A DNA stretch of 63,276 nt, counting the filler, from Globobulimina sp. (Eukaryota): assembly GCA_003354225.1 (NCBI GenBank). It is 52 parts of 52 records of this genome, joined end to end, with 100 filler letters (N's around TTAATTAATTAA, not from the genome) between each part and the next. Parts side by side here need not be neighbours in the genome. Positions count along the whole stretch, not along the records: positions 1 to 1,120 come from PIVH01022998.1; positions 1,221 to 2,340 come from PIVH01022999.1; positions 2,441 to 3,560 come from PIVH01023000.1; positions 3,661 to 4,780 come from PIVH01023001.1; positions 4,881 to 6,000 come from PIVH01023002.1; positions 6,101 to 7,220 come from PIVH01023003.1; positions 7,321 to 8,440 come from PIVH01023004.1; positions 8,541 to 9,660 come from PIVH01023005.1; 44 more parts are not named here. One strand, given 5' to 3'. Under the pieces are notes generated by a model. That model had not been told where the DNA came from, made no database searches, and saw nothing but the letters and a program-made list of their open reading frames with translations. This document shows, in pieces, positions 1 through 11,466 of the stretch; the stretch's first letter is position 1, and every line of letters starts with the position of its first letter. The translations under genes and the position numbers were made by a program.

Positions 1-929
1 GATAATTTTTCGGATACCTAAAGGTAAAAGTTAAATTTTTAATTAAATAATTAAAAATGATTGATCTTCTCTATAAACCCTTGAGAATATACTTCGTATA
101 TCTTCTCAAGGGGATAATTCAACTGAACAGTATGTAATACTATGTATATACCGCGGTGACTCAAATACCACGTCGGCGAAGATGACTAATATTAATAAAT
201 AAAAATATGTAAATGTTTCACGAAAGATTAATAGTGACATGGTCTAACATGTTAAGCTTCTGGATTGATTAGATTAAAAATTTTATTGAAATTACCACGT
301 GCATCGCCGACTATAATTCTGAAATTATAGTGTTTTTATTGTGTGGTGTTTTGGAATTAGATACAGATGGAAAGGAATGATTACATTTTTTGCATGTTGT
401 ATGGAGTATGATAGAGGTTCTGGTGAGGAAACAAACGAATGATAGAGATGGGAAAGTTTATTAAAGTGTTTAGCAAATGCTGTCTATATATAATCTGTCG
501 AATAAACATCACCTTCCTTGTCGCCATTCTGTCGTTGAAGTTGCGATGAATGGTTCAATATGGTTCGTAAATGTCCAACAGATTTTATTCCCGTATCTGT
601 GACAGTTTCTGTACAAAACAACAATCTCCAAATACACATTTGCAAACAGCATAAAAATACATAACTCATTGCTTAATATCTCAATGTCATTGGATTCTTC
701 AATCTTTTTTTTATTCCTATTCCTCGCATCAGTCACTTGCACAAAATCAGCCAAACTACACTACCTTTCAAATGCTGCTTTATTTTTTCTATTTTCTTTT
801 TAGTAGTCACTTCTAGGAAGGAAAATAGGCTAATAATAAAATGTTAATGGTTCCCGATGAAACACAACCTTTAAGAATTTTTGTGATGAAAACAAATTAA
901 ATACAGAAAATAATAAAATTACACATTTT

Positions 930-1120
930 ATGGCTGGAAAAATTGGTGAAAACAGTAAATATAATAAATATAAAGATAGATTTGAATCGGACTTATTGAA
1001 TGGATATAAATTCATACCTTTGGCATTTGACAGCTTTGGAGGAATCAGCACAAGAGTTAAGACGACATGTAATGCAGCAATTAATTATAGAGCTAGCCGA
1101 TTAAAACAAGATGTTATGAT
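930..1120 (+). mobile_element. Fragment resembling the restriction-like endonuclease region of a CRE/R2-type non-LTR retrotransposon
   Basis: AGKIGENSKYNKY...FIPLAFDSFGG matches the 'E..K..KY...F.P.A.E/D..G' pattern; truncated by contig end. Confidence 0.45.
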
Positions 1121-1220
1121 NNNNNNNNNNNNNNNNNNNNNNNNNNNNNNNNNNNNNNNNNNNNTTAATTAATTAANNNNNNNNNNNNNNNNNNNNNNNN
1201 NNNNNNNNNNNNNNNNNNNN
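1121..1220. other. Artificial contig linker (N44-TTAATTAATTAA-N44); 51 copies separate 52 contigs
   Basis: Identical 100-nt block recurs every ~1219 bp; the core has stops in all six frames; contig lengths fall steadily from 1120 to 1118. Confidence 0.98.
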
Positions 1221-2033
1221 ATAGGCATTGCTAATATACGCAAAAGCTTGCACATTGCGCGTGACACCACTACGATGCTCATCCTGCACCCAATAAAAGT
1301 CCAAATCCGAGGTGTAAACACCATAACCATCATACTGTCGGTCAGCGTTCTCATAACACTCAGCCCCCCGCAGACCCAAGATACTGACAAATAAAATGGA
1401 TAACGCATAAAGGTACCAATACAGACGAGAAGCATCTGCCCAAATACGCGGAAACGACAGCCATCTGCGCTTACATTCCTGCTCACTCTCCGACAAAATC
1501 AATCCATAATACACCTTAAACGTCAGAATATATTCAACAATCTGCAGAACTATGTTGGAGGTGATGGGAAGCGTATCACTGCCTTTACCCGGATTGCGCT
1601 TCTTGACATATTTGATAATGGTCGCAATGGTGGGATTGGAAGACCACGACTGCCGTACACCACATAACTGCGCCACAAAATCGAGAGACCGCATTTTGTT
1701 ACGGATCGTGCCATATACATTCTGCTTATCACGGATAAAGCAGCAATTAATAATATAAATCTGAATGATGGTGTCTACCAAAGGGAATTGCCATACAAAC
1801 TCATCGGGTATGTTTAACCGGCGCATGGTCCGCCAAAATTCAAGGAAGTTTTTCAAGTAAGTGGTTTCCGAGGATATTTTGACTCCACCATTCAAGGTTG
1901 CCAATAAAATCTCACGATAAATTGGTGAGACATATTCCCATAACGGGCTATTAAACTTCTCGGCACGAACTATATAAAAAGAACGTTTCCAAAATGAAAA
2001 AGAGACAAACCAGTGAAGCACACTCAAAAACAC
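1221..2033 (-). CDS. Tyrosine recombinase of DIRS-type element (3' truncated)
   Basis: SSETTYLKNF, YGTIRNKMRSL, LPITSNIV and box I LGLRGAE with catalytic Arg. Confidence 0.8.
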
Positions 2034-2122
2034 AGCCTGAAGTCAGATGTAGTGGCACCCTCAACACTGCAGAAACAGTCAACAAAAACAGGAAAGTGTG
2101 TGCACAAAGAAAGACAACCCAA

Positions 2123-2340
2123 TCACCATTGATGAATATCCGGGAGCAACAACTGAGCCGACTGCGGCTGCATAATCCAACCCTCACGATTACAGACACG
2201 GATCCCTCTCGTTACAAGCTCACGTAAACTGAAACGCGACGCCAGATCTGGCAACTTATTCATCTTCGTATGGACATAATCAATGTACAGTTGCATCTGC
2301 TTCTCAACTGCGTACATACACAACCAACGTAATCCAGATT
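2123..2340 (-). CDS. RNase H domain C-terminus (DIRS-type pol, partial)
   Basis: YIDYVHTKMNKLPDLASR fits the 'hI.g..N..aD.lSR' motif. Confidence 0.75.
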
Positions 2341-2444
2341 NNNNNNNNNNNNNNNNNNNNNNNNNNNNNNNNNNNNNNNNNNNNTTAATTAATTAANNNN
2401 NNNNNNNNNNNNNNNNNNNNNNNNNNNNNNNNNNNNNNNNTTAA

Positions 2445-3398
2445 TTAACTTGTGATTTGCGATGACCGTTGATTATGAATTGCAGCTGCAATTCTATCAC
2501 ACCCAAAGCCAAATAATGATTTCCAGGGGTTTCTGAGCGTTACCGCTCCCATAGGTTTAGATACATTAATAAATAAATCATCCTCTTCTTCCTCATCATC
2601 ATCATCAGCGAACGCAAAAACAGCAGTGCCCGCAAATGGTGATATTCTGGCCAAAGCATTGTGTCCTTGAATAGTATGAAGACCAGCACCACAAATATGA
2701 AGACCCACCAATATCTCAAACAAACGGCCAAGTTTTCTGTGCAATTTGTACGACGTTTTTGCTACATTCTTGTTGCTTGGCGTTGGTTCCGGTACTCCTG
2801 GGACTTTGGTAAAAAAAAATGGTATTCCTTTACCTCCAAAATAACCTAATTACAAACAGCAGACAAACAAAACATTTATAAAAAACATAGGGCACAAAAA
2901 ACAAATTATTTTGTACCCATTAATATTCCCGTTGTGGGAAAGAATATCATTGCACCATCTGTATTATAGGAAATATTTATTATTTGTACTATGTGCAATT
3001 ATGTATACATAGACAAACATACACAATGTAAAATGTGACACGTGAGACGCAGCCTGAATCCATCTCGGCCCTTCCAATGCTTTGGGAATTCGCGTGGAAA
3101 AACGCAAACCAATGCGAGTGAGTATCAATGGAGCCATTAATAAACCGATGGACTTGTGATAGTGCATTAATGTTGCAATTATTGGCGCGCCTTTTGGCTG
3201 TCGTTTCTTATATTCAACCAAGGCAAAGCAAGATAATACTCCCACTGCCATTGATGTATGAACAATATTCAATGATCTGGCATAATGTATTGGTTCCGAT
3301 GTGAATGAACGATGGTTACAACGCATCAATTGACGGCGCGGAAATGTCGAGATGTTGTTTAAACGACGGCATAGGTTTAAATGTTTTGCAGTTTGCAT
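2445..3398 (-). CDS. Bacterial-type di-heme cytochrome b561 (CybB-like), two introns, N-terminal presequence-like extension
   Basis: His motifs IVHTSM, HYHKSIGLL, KLHRKLG, GLHICGAGLH; GT-AG introns 2959-3022 and 2846-2916 restore the frame (TLYGAMIFFPTTGILMGYFGGKGIPFF). Confidence 0.8.
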
Positions 3399-3660
3399 GC
3401 TGTCCCGAATGTATTTGCAGTTTCCACTCAAACTTAGATTTTTCACAGAAGTAGAATGAGAACTATTTTTCACAGAAGTAGAATGTAACTGCTTCTGGAG
3501 CTTTCTGTTGTTTGTGATATGGCGGAGTGTGTTCTTGAACAACATGTACAAGATTTATTTNNNNNNNNNNNNNNNNNNNNNNNNNNNNNNNNNNNNNNNN
3601 NNNNTTAATTAATTAANNNNNNNNNNNNNNNNNNNNNNNNNNNNNNNNNNNNNNNNNNNN

Positions 3661-4780
3661 CAGATAGATTGAAAGCGATATCTGTGCCATTAACTGCTGC
3701 CGATCCAATCTCTCCTTTATCAAATCATAATAGATCAGAATTGTTGAATAAAATTATACCACAATCAATACCAATTAATGTTATTGGAATGGAAGCGAGC
3801 GATATTTTATCTGTACCGTTAAGTGCTGCACTCCCAACCTCCACATTATCCCGACATAATGTACCTAAACTATGGTATAATATTGCCTCCTGCATACCTG
3901 TTACATCGATAATTGAGGCCACCGACCATTTATTAGCTCATCCATCACAATATATCCACACTCCAACTAACATGGATAAATTCAAACGGGACTTAAAAGA
4001 ATTGAGAGGATTCGATGAAAAAGAATCAGAAACAGAGCCAATAACTGCTTCATTTGAACAAACAGAAGCAAAAGAAGAGGTAACCGAGGAAATAGAGTTG
4101 GGATCAAATATAAATGCAAATGATTTAGATGCATTATTTCAATGTACAACAAATAAAGATTTATTATTTGACGATATCAGCCATATTGAGACTATATTCT
4201 GTGGCTTGAATCAAGAATTACAAAAATGTTTGATTGAATGTAGAGATTATAAATCAATGATAAATCCTTTACCATCCATATTTCAGTCAAATATTTGCGA
4301 TTTTAATGTCGAAAATAATGATATATTTACCGGTGATGTTATTTGTTGTTTGCAATGGAAGTTTGACAATGATGAATATGATAATTTGTGTAATAATATT
4401 CTACCAAACTTGATTGACAAATGTAATATAGAAATAGATCAAAATCGAGCCTTGATGGAACAATATAAGATTGCAATGAAAGATGATAGTAAACGAAGTA
4501 CATCAAATCGGAATAAATTACGCAGAAAGAAGCAAGAAAAAATGAATATATTTGATATTAATAATAAACATAAAAATAAAAAGGGTCTTGAATTTAAAAA
4601 TAATTTAAATGCTGAATTATTAGCATTGCAATATGTAAATAGTGAATGGTTATTATTGCAAAGCATATTAAATGAATGGAATACTTATATTTTAAGCTTG
4701 AGAGATATTGATAGTGCAGCTTTTAATGCATCAGATTCATTATATTTGAGGTCATTTTGTATAATACCCTCACAAACACA
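3661..4780 (+). CDS. Hypothetical protein (partial) with N-terminal internal repeat
   Basis: Contig-long ORF; SVPL(T/S)AA.P.S.LS.HN occurs twice. Confidence 0.55.
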
Positions 4781-4880
4781 NNNNNNNNNNNNNNNNNNNN
4801 NNNNNNNNNNNNNNNNNNNNNNNNTTAATTAATTAANNNNNNNNNNNNNNNNNNNNNNNNNNNNNNNNNNNNNNNNNNNN

Positions 4881-6000
4881 GCCATGCAAAGCGCGACACT
4901 CAATCCCAGCCCACCCGTAGCTGCCCAGGCAACCACGCCCGTCATAGCATCCATCGATACCACACGGTTTGAAGCACCTAAAAATACGCTACCAACCAAC
5001 AATATGAACTATGTCTGCATTGTATGCAATCTACGCGGCCATAAATACAAAGATTATCCCAAAGTGGCGGAAAAACGAAGCATGCAGCAATCCGACGAAA
5101 ATAACGCGGAAACTACAAATACTGACAATAAGTCTGATAAACCGGACCATGTAAACTCAAATACAATGCAAAGTTTAAAAGATGACGGATTAGATCGTAT
5201 ACCTAAAAAAACAGCGAGTGATATGGCACAACAACAAGCCGCACAGTCCAATACGCAGCAAACTGTAAACATTCCAGTCAGTAAAACGAATGCAAGCATA
5301 AGCAATGCACCACAAAATGTGATAAATACCAATTTAATGACATTGAATCAGCAACGCATTGCGCCGCAAGTGCAGTTAATTAATAATTCCGCCGCCTCTG
5401 CGTTGAGTACCTTATCCGCGATAAACAGTGTAAATATGATGAATATGAGGAACAGAATGAACATGAATAATATTTTGATGAATGCCGCATTGCATAATGC
5501 TCAAAGAAGAACCGGTGGCATTGCGCCCAGACTCATTAATTCGACCAATCCGTTGTTGAATCCTGCACTGGCTCTCAACAGTTGAGTATATCCCGTTGTT
5601 TGTATCTGAACCCTTAGGCCTCCCCACCCTTTTTCTTTTAGCCAAATCCCGACTAAGTTCCTATCCTCACATCCGTCAGTCCCACCGTCCTCATATAACA
5701 TCCTCTGTACCCAAATACTTACAACACAAAGGAATGTCCAATGCCAGGAATGGCACATTAGCTTTATTGCAACAACAGTCCTTATTGAGCCAACAGGCGG
5801 CCTTGAACAGATTGCGTACTCTGAACAATTTCAACCAGTTAAATACAGCACAAACGCAAGCGCATCAGAGCCAAATCTCAAACCCAAATCGAAATGCTTT
5901 TAGTTTGGCCAATATCCCACACGAATTACTACAATCCACCACCAACGAATTAAAACTCGTAATGACCCCATCCGATCCGTCTGCGGTCACCAATGCCATT
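4881..6000 (+). CDS. Q/N-rich protein with degenerate zinc knuckle (partial, spliced)
   Basis: YVCIVCNLRGHKYKDYP (CCHC with last Cys as Tyr); intron 5581-5731 joins the two ORFs in frame. Confidence 0.6.
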
Positions 6001-6264
6001 NNNNNNNNNNNNNNNNNNNNNNNNNNNNNNNNNNNNNNNNNNNNTTAATTAATTAANNNNNNNNNNNNNNNNNNNNNNNNNNNNNNNNNNNNNNNNNNNN
6101 TTATTACACCAGATATAACTCAAGCTTTTTTACTAAAGAAAGATATCTATCCTCCAAATGTTAGTGTTAGTTATCCAGGAACTAGTGAAGTGATAAACAT
6201 GACTGAAGTAAATATTCAATGGAATGTATCGTTAAATACAAGTTACAGTAAAAAAGTGAGATAT

Positions 6265-6864
6265 TTAATACAAAGAAGGGTCATATTTGTGAATTAATCT
6301 TTTTTGTACTGTTAATGGAGGTTCTTTGAAATCATCCAAATCTGATGTTTTCCCAAATAATGCATATCGATTCTTTGCCACTATACTATAGCAACAGTTG
6401 CGAATAGAAATAGGAACAAAGATAAAAATATATAATAAATTTACAGGAAATGACAAATATTTCATAATGTTGAGAGATGCTGAGGATGCTCTATGGACAG
6501 CGATAGTTTTTTGTTGTTTGTTATATTCTATGAATGCAAATTTTTCCATTATTGATAATTGAGAAATATTAAACATTGATAATAGTGGATGAACTTTATC
6601 CTTATTTTGAAGGCATCCGATATAAATCATATTTTTATCATCGTATTTATCTACAAATTCAATAAATAAATTGCATAAACTGCAAATTCCGTCAAATATA
6701 ACAATCCCTAAAATTCCGTTGGAATGTTCATTATTTTTATAGATATCATCATACAAAGAATCCATGTATTTAATTTTTTCATTGTCAACAGTCCATTTAT
6801 GTTCAGAATCGAAGAATAGAATACGAAATAAGTCAAATAACCAGGAAAGCGGCCACATACTCAT
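6265..6864 (-). CDS. DCC-family thiol-disulfide oxidoreductase (DUF393)
   Basis: IFDGICSLC (DxxCxxC) and C-terminal YSIVAKNRYALFGK. Confidence 0.88.
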   Translation of the reverse strand: MSMWPLSWLFDLFRILFFDSEHKWTVDNEKIKYMDSLYDDIYKNNEHSNGILGIVIFDGICSLCNLFIEFVDKYDDKNMIYIGCLQNKDKVHPLLSMFNISQLSIMEKFAFIEYNKQQKTIAVHRASSASLNIMKYLSFPVNLLYIFIFVPISIRNCCYSIVAKNRYALFGKTSDLDDFKEPPLTVQKRLIHKYDPSLY

Positions 6865-7320
6865 AGAGCAGCAGTCAGACTCAGAATAGAGTTTTTGTTT
6901 TTAGGTACATATCTACAGTACAATATTTACAGACTGTTTCTGGACAAACAAATTTGCAATGATTTATTATTCGCCTCCAGAAGGACATTATGTATGCAAT
7001 TTGAATAAATAATATTTAATATTTAGGTTTTATTTTCAAACATCGTCTTTGTACGCACACTTTTTTTTGATTCCGGATTGACGGACCCAATCCATATCAG
7101 CTAAAGATATATTCCATGATTGAGCATATCCATTAACAATATCACCATTTAAAAGATCAAAACTATTTTCCATCCATGAAATTAATAAACTACTTGAATT
7201 CTGCAATATATTCATACAAANNNNNNNNNNNNNNNNNNNNNNNNNNNNNNNNNNNNNNNNNNNNTTAATTAATTAANNNNNNNNNNNNNNNNNNNNNNNN
7301 NNNNNNNNNNNNNNNNNNNN

Positions 7321-8393
7321 TCCTGGAAAGATTAAGAAACAAACATAACTGGATCAGTGAATTCATGCAGCTGAAGCATGCTATTCCAAAACCGTGGAAA
7401 CAGATGCTTCAAAATCTGACTGCCGAACTACCACAACAAACAAACCTAATTCCCTATCACAAACATCTAAAATATAAAAACTGTACACTTTACATTGACA
7501 GTAATGAAATTACAGACATAACAAAACACAGTAAAGATATTTACTACCATATATTATATCCTGCCAAACCCCCACCATGTACACAGAAGTGGGAAGACAA
7601 ACTACAAACAACATTTGACTGGAAAAATATCTTCAACACCATCCAGTCATTAACAAAACATAATAAAATAAAAGAATTCCAATGGAAAGTAATCCATAGG
7701 GCTATATTTACAGAAACAAAACTACAAAAAATGAATAGATCCAATGGATACTGTAAACTCTGTATCATAGATAAGGAGGACATTGAACATCTCCTTTATA
7801 GTTGCCCTAAAATTAAGGAGATATGGTCAATTGTCTCACAATTTATTCTGAACATAACAGGCTCAGTAGTTCAAATTGGTCTCAAAAATGTTCTATTTGG
7901 ACTACCAATATCAATAAATACTGACATTAATATATTTGGTATATTTTTAATAACCACTTCAAACTGGATTATCTGGAAACACAGAAATGAAGTTAAATAT
8001 GGCCAGAAACCAACAAAAACATTAAATGAACTGCTCACTTATATAACATCAACATGGAAAGCAGAAATCAAAATCATACAAAATACAACAAAACGAAAAT
8101 CATATTTTTCTAACATAACTCTAGACTATTTAAGAAAGATTACAGAAATCTGAAAACAAACATATATATTTATATACAACAGTGTGAATAAATGTGAAGT
8201 GTGTGTATGGGCGTGTGTCTCTGTGAGTGTCTGTGTATGAAAGAACTTAGGGGACAACAGACAGACTGATGACTTGACTTGATTGGAAAGGGGGAACCCC
8301 TAGAAATCTGAATTTATAAAAATGTAAACTAAATTTGTTTGATTATTGTAAATAAAGCTCTGTAAATATTTAAAAAAAATAAATAAAAAAAAA
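7321..8393 (+). mobile_element. 3' end of L1/Tx1-like non-LTR retrotransposon: ORF2 zinc-finger region (to 8153), 3' UTR and A-rich tail
   Basis: KIKEFQWKVIHRAI, CKLC...EDIEHLLYSC, WIIWKHRN; AATAAA at 8351 and A-rich tract 8372-8393. Confidence 0.85.
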
Positions 8394-8540
8394 GGGTACA
8401 CAACTTATGTTTTGTAAAACAGTATATATTACCTATTTTTNNNNNNNNNNNNNNNNNNNNNNNNNNNNNNNNNNNNNNNNNNNNTTAATTAATTAANNNN
8501 NNNNNNNNNNNNNNNNNNNNNNNNNNNNNNNNNNNNNNNN

Positions 8541-9142
8541 CACTACTAGACATCTGTAAAGCATACGATATATTGTGGCGAGAATGACTATGGAAGAAAT
8601 TACGAGATTACGGTTTTCCAGATAAACTAATAAGAGCAATAGAGAGTAGTTACCACAATCCAGGTGCAATATTACAATTTCAAGATCAAAAAACAGAACG
8701 ATTATCAATGAATGTAGGATTACGACAAGGATGTACGATGTCTCCGATATTATGGAATCTATATATAGCAGATTTAGGAAAGGAAATCGAAAATTCAAAT
8801 TTAGGAATATCGATAGGAATTAACAATAATAAGAAAAATATATCAGGAATCTTCTTTGCAGACGACATGTTATTATTTGGCTCTTCCGATTACAATATGA
8901 CTAAATTACTAAAGATTGTTGGTAACTATGCACAGAAATGGAAAATCGAATTTTCCGGTCCAAAAAGTCTTGTTATCCCTATAAGAAGAGAAATCGATAA
9001 CGACAGGAAATGGAAATTAGGAACAATGTTTATCACCGAAAATGAAGAATCAACGATATATATCAAAGAAGAAAAGGAAGCGAAATACTTAGGAATTACG
9101 ATTAGCAAACACAGAACAGATATCCTATCAAAACACAAAATA
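8541..9142 (+). pseudogene. Non-LTR reverse transcriptase fragment with premature stop
   Basis: LDICKAYDILWRE*LWKKL (TGA at 8585 where Gly is usual), GLRQGCTMSPILWN, FADD, KYLGI. Confidence 0.85.
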
Positions 9143-9652
9143 AGTCTAACCGATATCCAAAAAGCGTTTGATCCGGTGAAATACGGACAGTTTTCCAGCG
9201 TACCTTATCTTGATATCCAGATACCTACATTGAGTGATCATTCTCTGGCACCGGTGAACAAACACCTGATGTCCGTTACTGTTAAATATATGCCTTATCG
9301 TTTGCGCAAGGGCAATTGGGACGACTTATCCGATTCACTCGCCGATTTGGTGATGAATACGATAACAGGTTATGCACCTGATTTTTCCGAATGTGTGAAA
9401 GATACGCATGTCATCACACCATTGGACATGGAAACGGATTACAATTTACCCGAAGGCAGTCTAACTCATGGTGATATCACTTTGGATCAATCCCTTTGGA
9501 TGCGCCCCATTCCCGGATACGCAAAATATAACAGTCCGATTCCGGGCCTTTACCTATGCAGTGCTGCCACACACCCCGGTGCCGGTGTAACCGGAATTAA
9601 CGGGTCTAACGCTGCAAAAAGAATTTTAAAGGAAAGGAGCTGGAGCGGATGA
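9143..9652 (+). CDS. C-terminal part of a bacterial-type phytoene-dehydrogenase-like FAD oxidoreductase
   Basis: IPTLSDHSLAP, ITPLDME, RPIPGYAKYNSPIPGLYLCSAATHPGAGVTG; higher GC; ATGA stop/start overlap at 9649-9652 with AAGGAG at 9634-9639. Confidence 0.85.
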   Translation, partial: SLTDIQKAFDPVKYGQFSSVPYLDIQIPTLSDHSLAPVNKHLMSVTVKYMPYRLRKGNWDDLSDSLADLVMNTITGYAPDFSECVKDTHVITPLDMETDYNLPEGSLTHGDITLDQSLWMRPIPGYAKYNSPIPGLYLCSAATHPGAGVTGINGSNAAKRILKERSWSG

Positions 9653-9760
9653 AATATTTCNNNNNNNNNNNNNNNNNNNNNNNNNNNNNNNNNNNNNNNN
9701 NNNNTTAATTAATTAANNNNNNNNNNNNNNNNNNNNNNNNNNNNNNNNNNNNNNNNNNNN

Positions 9761-10880
9761 ATATATTTTGCTTTTATATTTGGAATAGTTTCTGCATTCA
9801 ATGTCCCTCCAACGGCACACGGCGATACAATATCGACATTCTCTTTTAACAATGCTGAGTTATCACCAAATGGAACAATCTCAACATCCAAATCAATATC
9901 CACTTGCGGGAATTCTTGGGTTATTCTTTTCATTGCATCCATTACATTTGCATCAATATCCGTTGCATAAATACTTTTGACTTGATATGTATTATGATAT
10001 TCAAATAAGTGTCGAACCATTGCTTGAGAAACATTGCCAAAGCCTTGCACTGATATCCTTTTACCATGCAATGACTCATTATGATAAGACAATGCTCCTT
10101 CCATTGCTGATACAATTCCATGACCTGTTTTAATCGATGGGTTCCCAGAACCGCCGACATCCTCTGGTATACAGGTCGTATATCGTGTTTTGCTAAATAT
10201 CTATAAACAGAATTACAATGGTCAGATAGTTGCAATATAGATATCGACACAGAACTTGTCTCATATCATTGACAGTAACACCTAGATCTTCGGCAGTAAT
10301 ATAACATCCTTGTAATGAGGTCATAAATTCACCGTATTCTCGAAATAAAACATCTCGGAACTGTCTATCTGTGTAATTGTGTTCATTCTCGCGCCATATA
10401 ACACCTTTTCCGCCACCCCACCATAGCCCGGCGAGTGCATTCTTACGGCCCATACTGTGTAAGCAGTGTAGTTAGGCATTTATGCAGTATATGGTGTGTA
10501 ATGTTAGCATGCATACCCTCGGGAAAGACGCAGACCATCACATAAATATTGTGATACATTATCATATGTCCAGTATCGAACGCCACCGGCGCCTGGTCCT
10601 CGTTTTGTTTTATGTAAAAAAGCACCATGTATCGCATTGGTTTCTCTCCCAATTTCAATGAAAAATCCTTCATGACCATCGAAATCGCGTGCCAATGCTT
10701 GGTCACTTTCTGTTGCTTCTATTTTATCATTGTTTATGTTGAATGCTTCAATCAATCCTAAAAACTCTGAATGACTGGCGGTGAATTTATTGGTTTCCTC
10801 ATTCCAAATAATGTATCCTCTTTTGTTTTTACCTATGATGTCCCGCAATTCCGACGCCCCAACTGAAGGTAATGTGGTTT
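9761..10880 (-). CDS. Glu/Leu/Phe/Val dehydrogenase (partial, two introns)
   Basis: RGPGAGGVR, GGGKGVI, YITAEDLG, GGSGNPS, VQGFGNV, PCAVGG; introns 10455-10516 and 10201-10255. Confidence 0.92.
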
Positions 10881-10980
10881 NNNNNNNNNNNNNNNNNNNN
10901 NNNNNNNNNNNNNNNNNNNNNNNNTTAATTAATTAANNNNNNNNNNNNNNNNNNNNNNNNNNNNNNNNNNNNNNNNNNNN

Positions 10981-11466
10981 TTTTATGCCATACAATTATT
11001 TGTAGTTGGCATCATTGTAAGTAATAAGTGGTATTCGTGTGAGATTGACGTGGCTGTGGTGGCTGTGTGGGATTTATGCTTTGTATTATTGGTGGCTTTG
11101 ACGGCATTGTTTGATGCATTGCAAATTCGATTATCATTTAAAATATTGTTTTCTGTGTTGTTTGCAATGTATTGGACCTTTTGGGTCATTAAGAACAATA
11201 TACATTTGTATTTGAAGGGTGACGCTGCGATGATAACCATCGAATCCATCGGTTGGTCCATTTCGCCATTATCTATTTATATCAATGCACAACAGATTTT
11301 GGCGATTTTCATGTGGAAACATGCTGTGTCCTCCATTATGAACAAAAAAAGGTGTATATTGGTGAAATACTCACCGTATTTAAGATGGTGTGAGTGTGAC
11401 AATGTAAATATTTCAAATATTAAGGATGAATATCAACTCCTGCAAGCAGATGATGATAACCTATAA
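10981..11466 (+). CDS. Hypothetical multi-pass membrane protein (C-terminal part)
   Basis: Hydrophobic ORF open from contig start. Confidence 0.5.
   Translation, partial: FYAIQLFVVGIIVSNKWYSCEIDVAVVAVWDLCFVLLVALTALFDALQIRLSFKILFSVLFAMYWTFWVIKNNIHLYLKGDAAMITIESIGWSISPLSIYINAQQILAIFMWKHAVSSIMNKKRCILVKYSPYLRWCECDNVNISNIKDEYQLLQADDDNL

Larger units (their letters stand above)
1221..2340 (-). mobile_element. Tyrosine-recombinase retrotransposon fragment (DIRS/Ngaro-like)
   Basis: RNase H C-terminus followed on the same strand by a tyrosine recombinase ORF. Confidence 0.8.

Noticed and set aside
1121-1220. Regularly spaced TTAATTAATTAA as a biological repeat or CRISPR-like array
   Set aside because: It is N-flanked, identical every time and separates length-sorted contigs, so it is a concatenation linker
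8585-8587. TGA reassignment or alternative genetic code
   Set aside because: It replaces an expected Gly in a retroelement; Trp is TGG elsewhere and genes end normally in TAA or TGA
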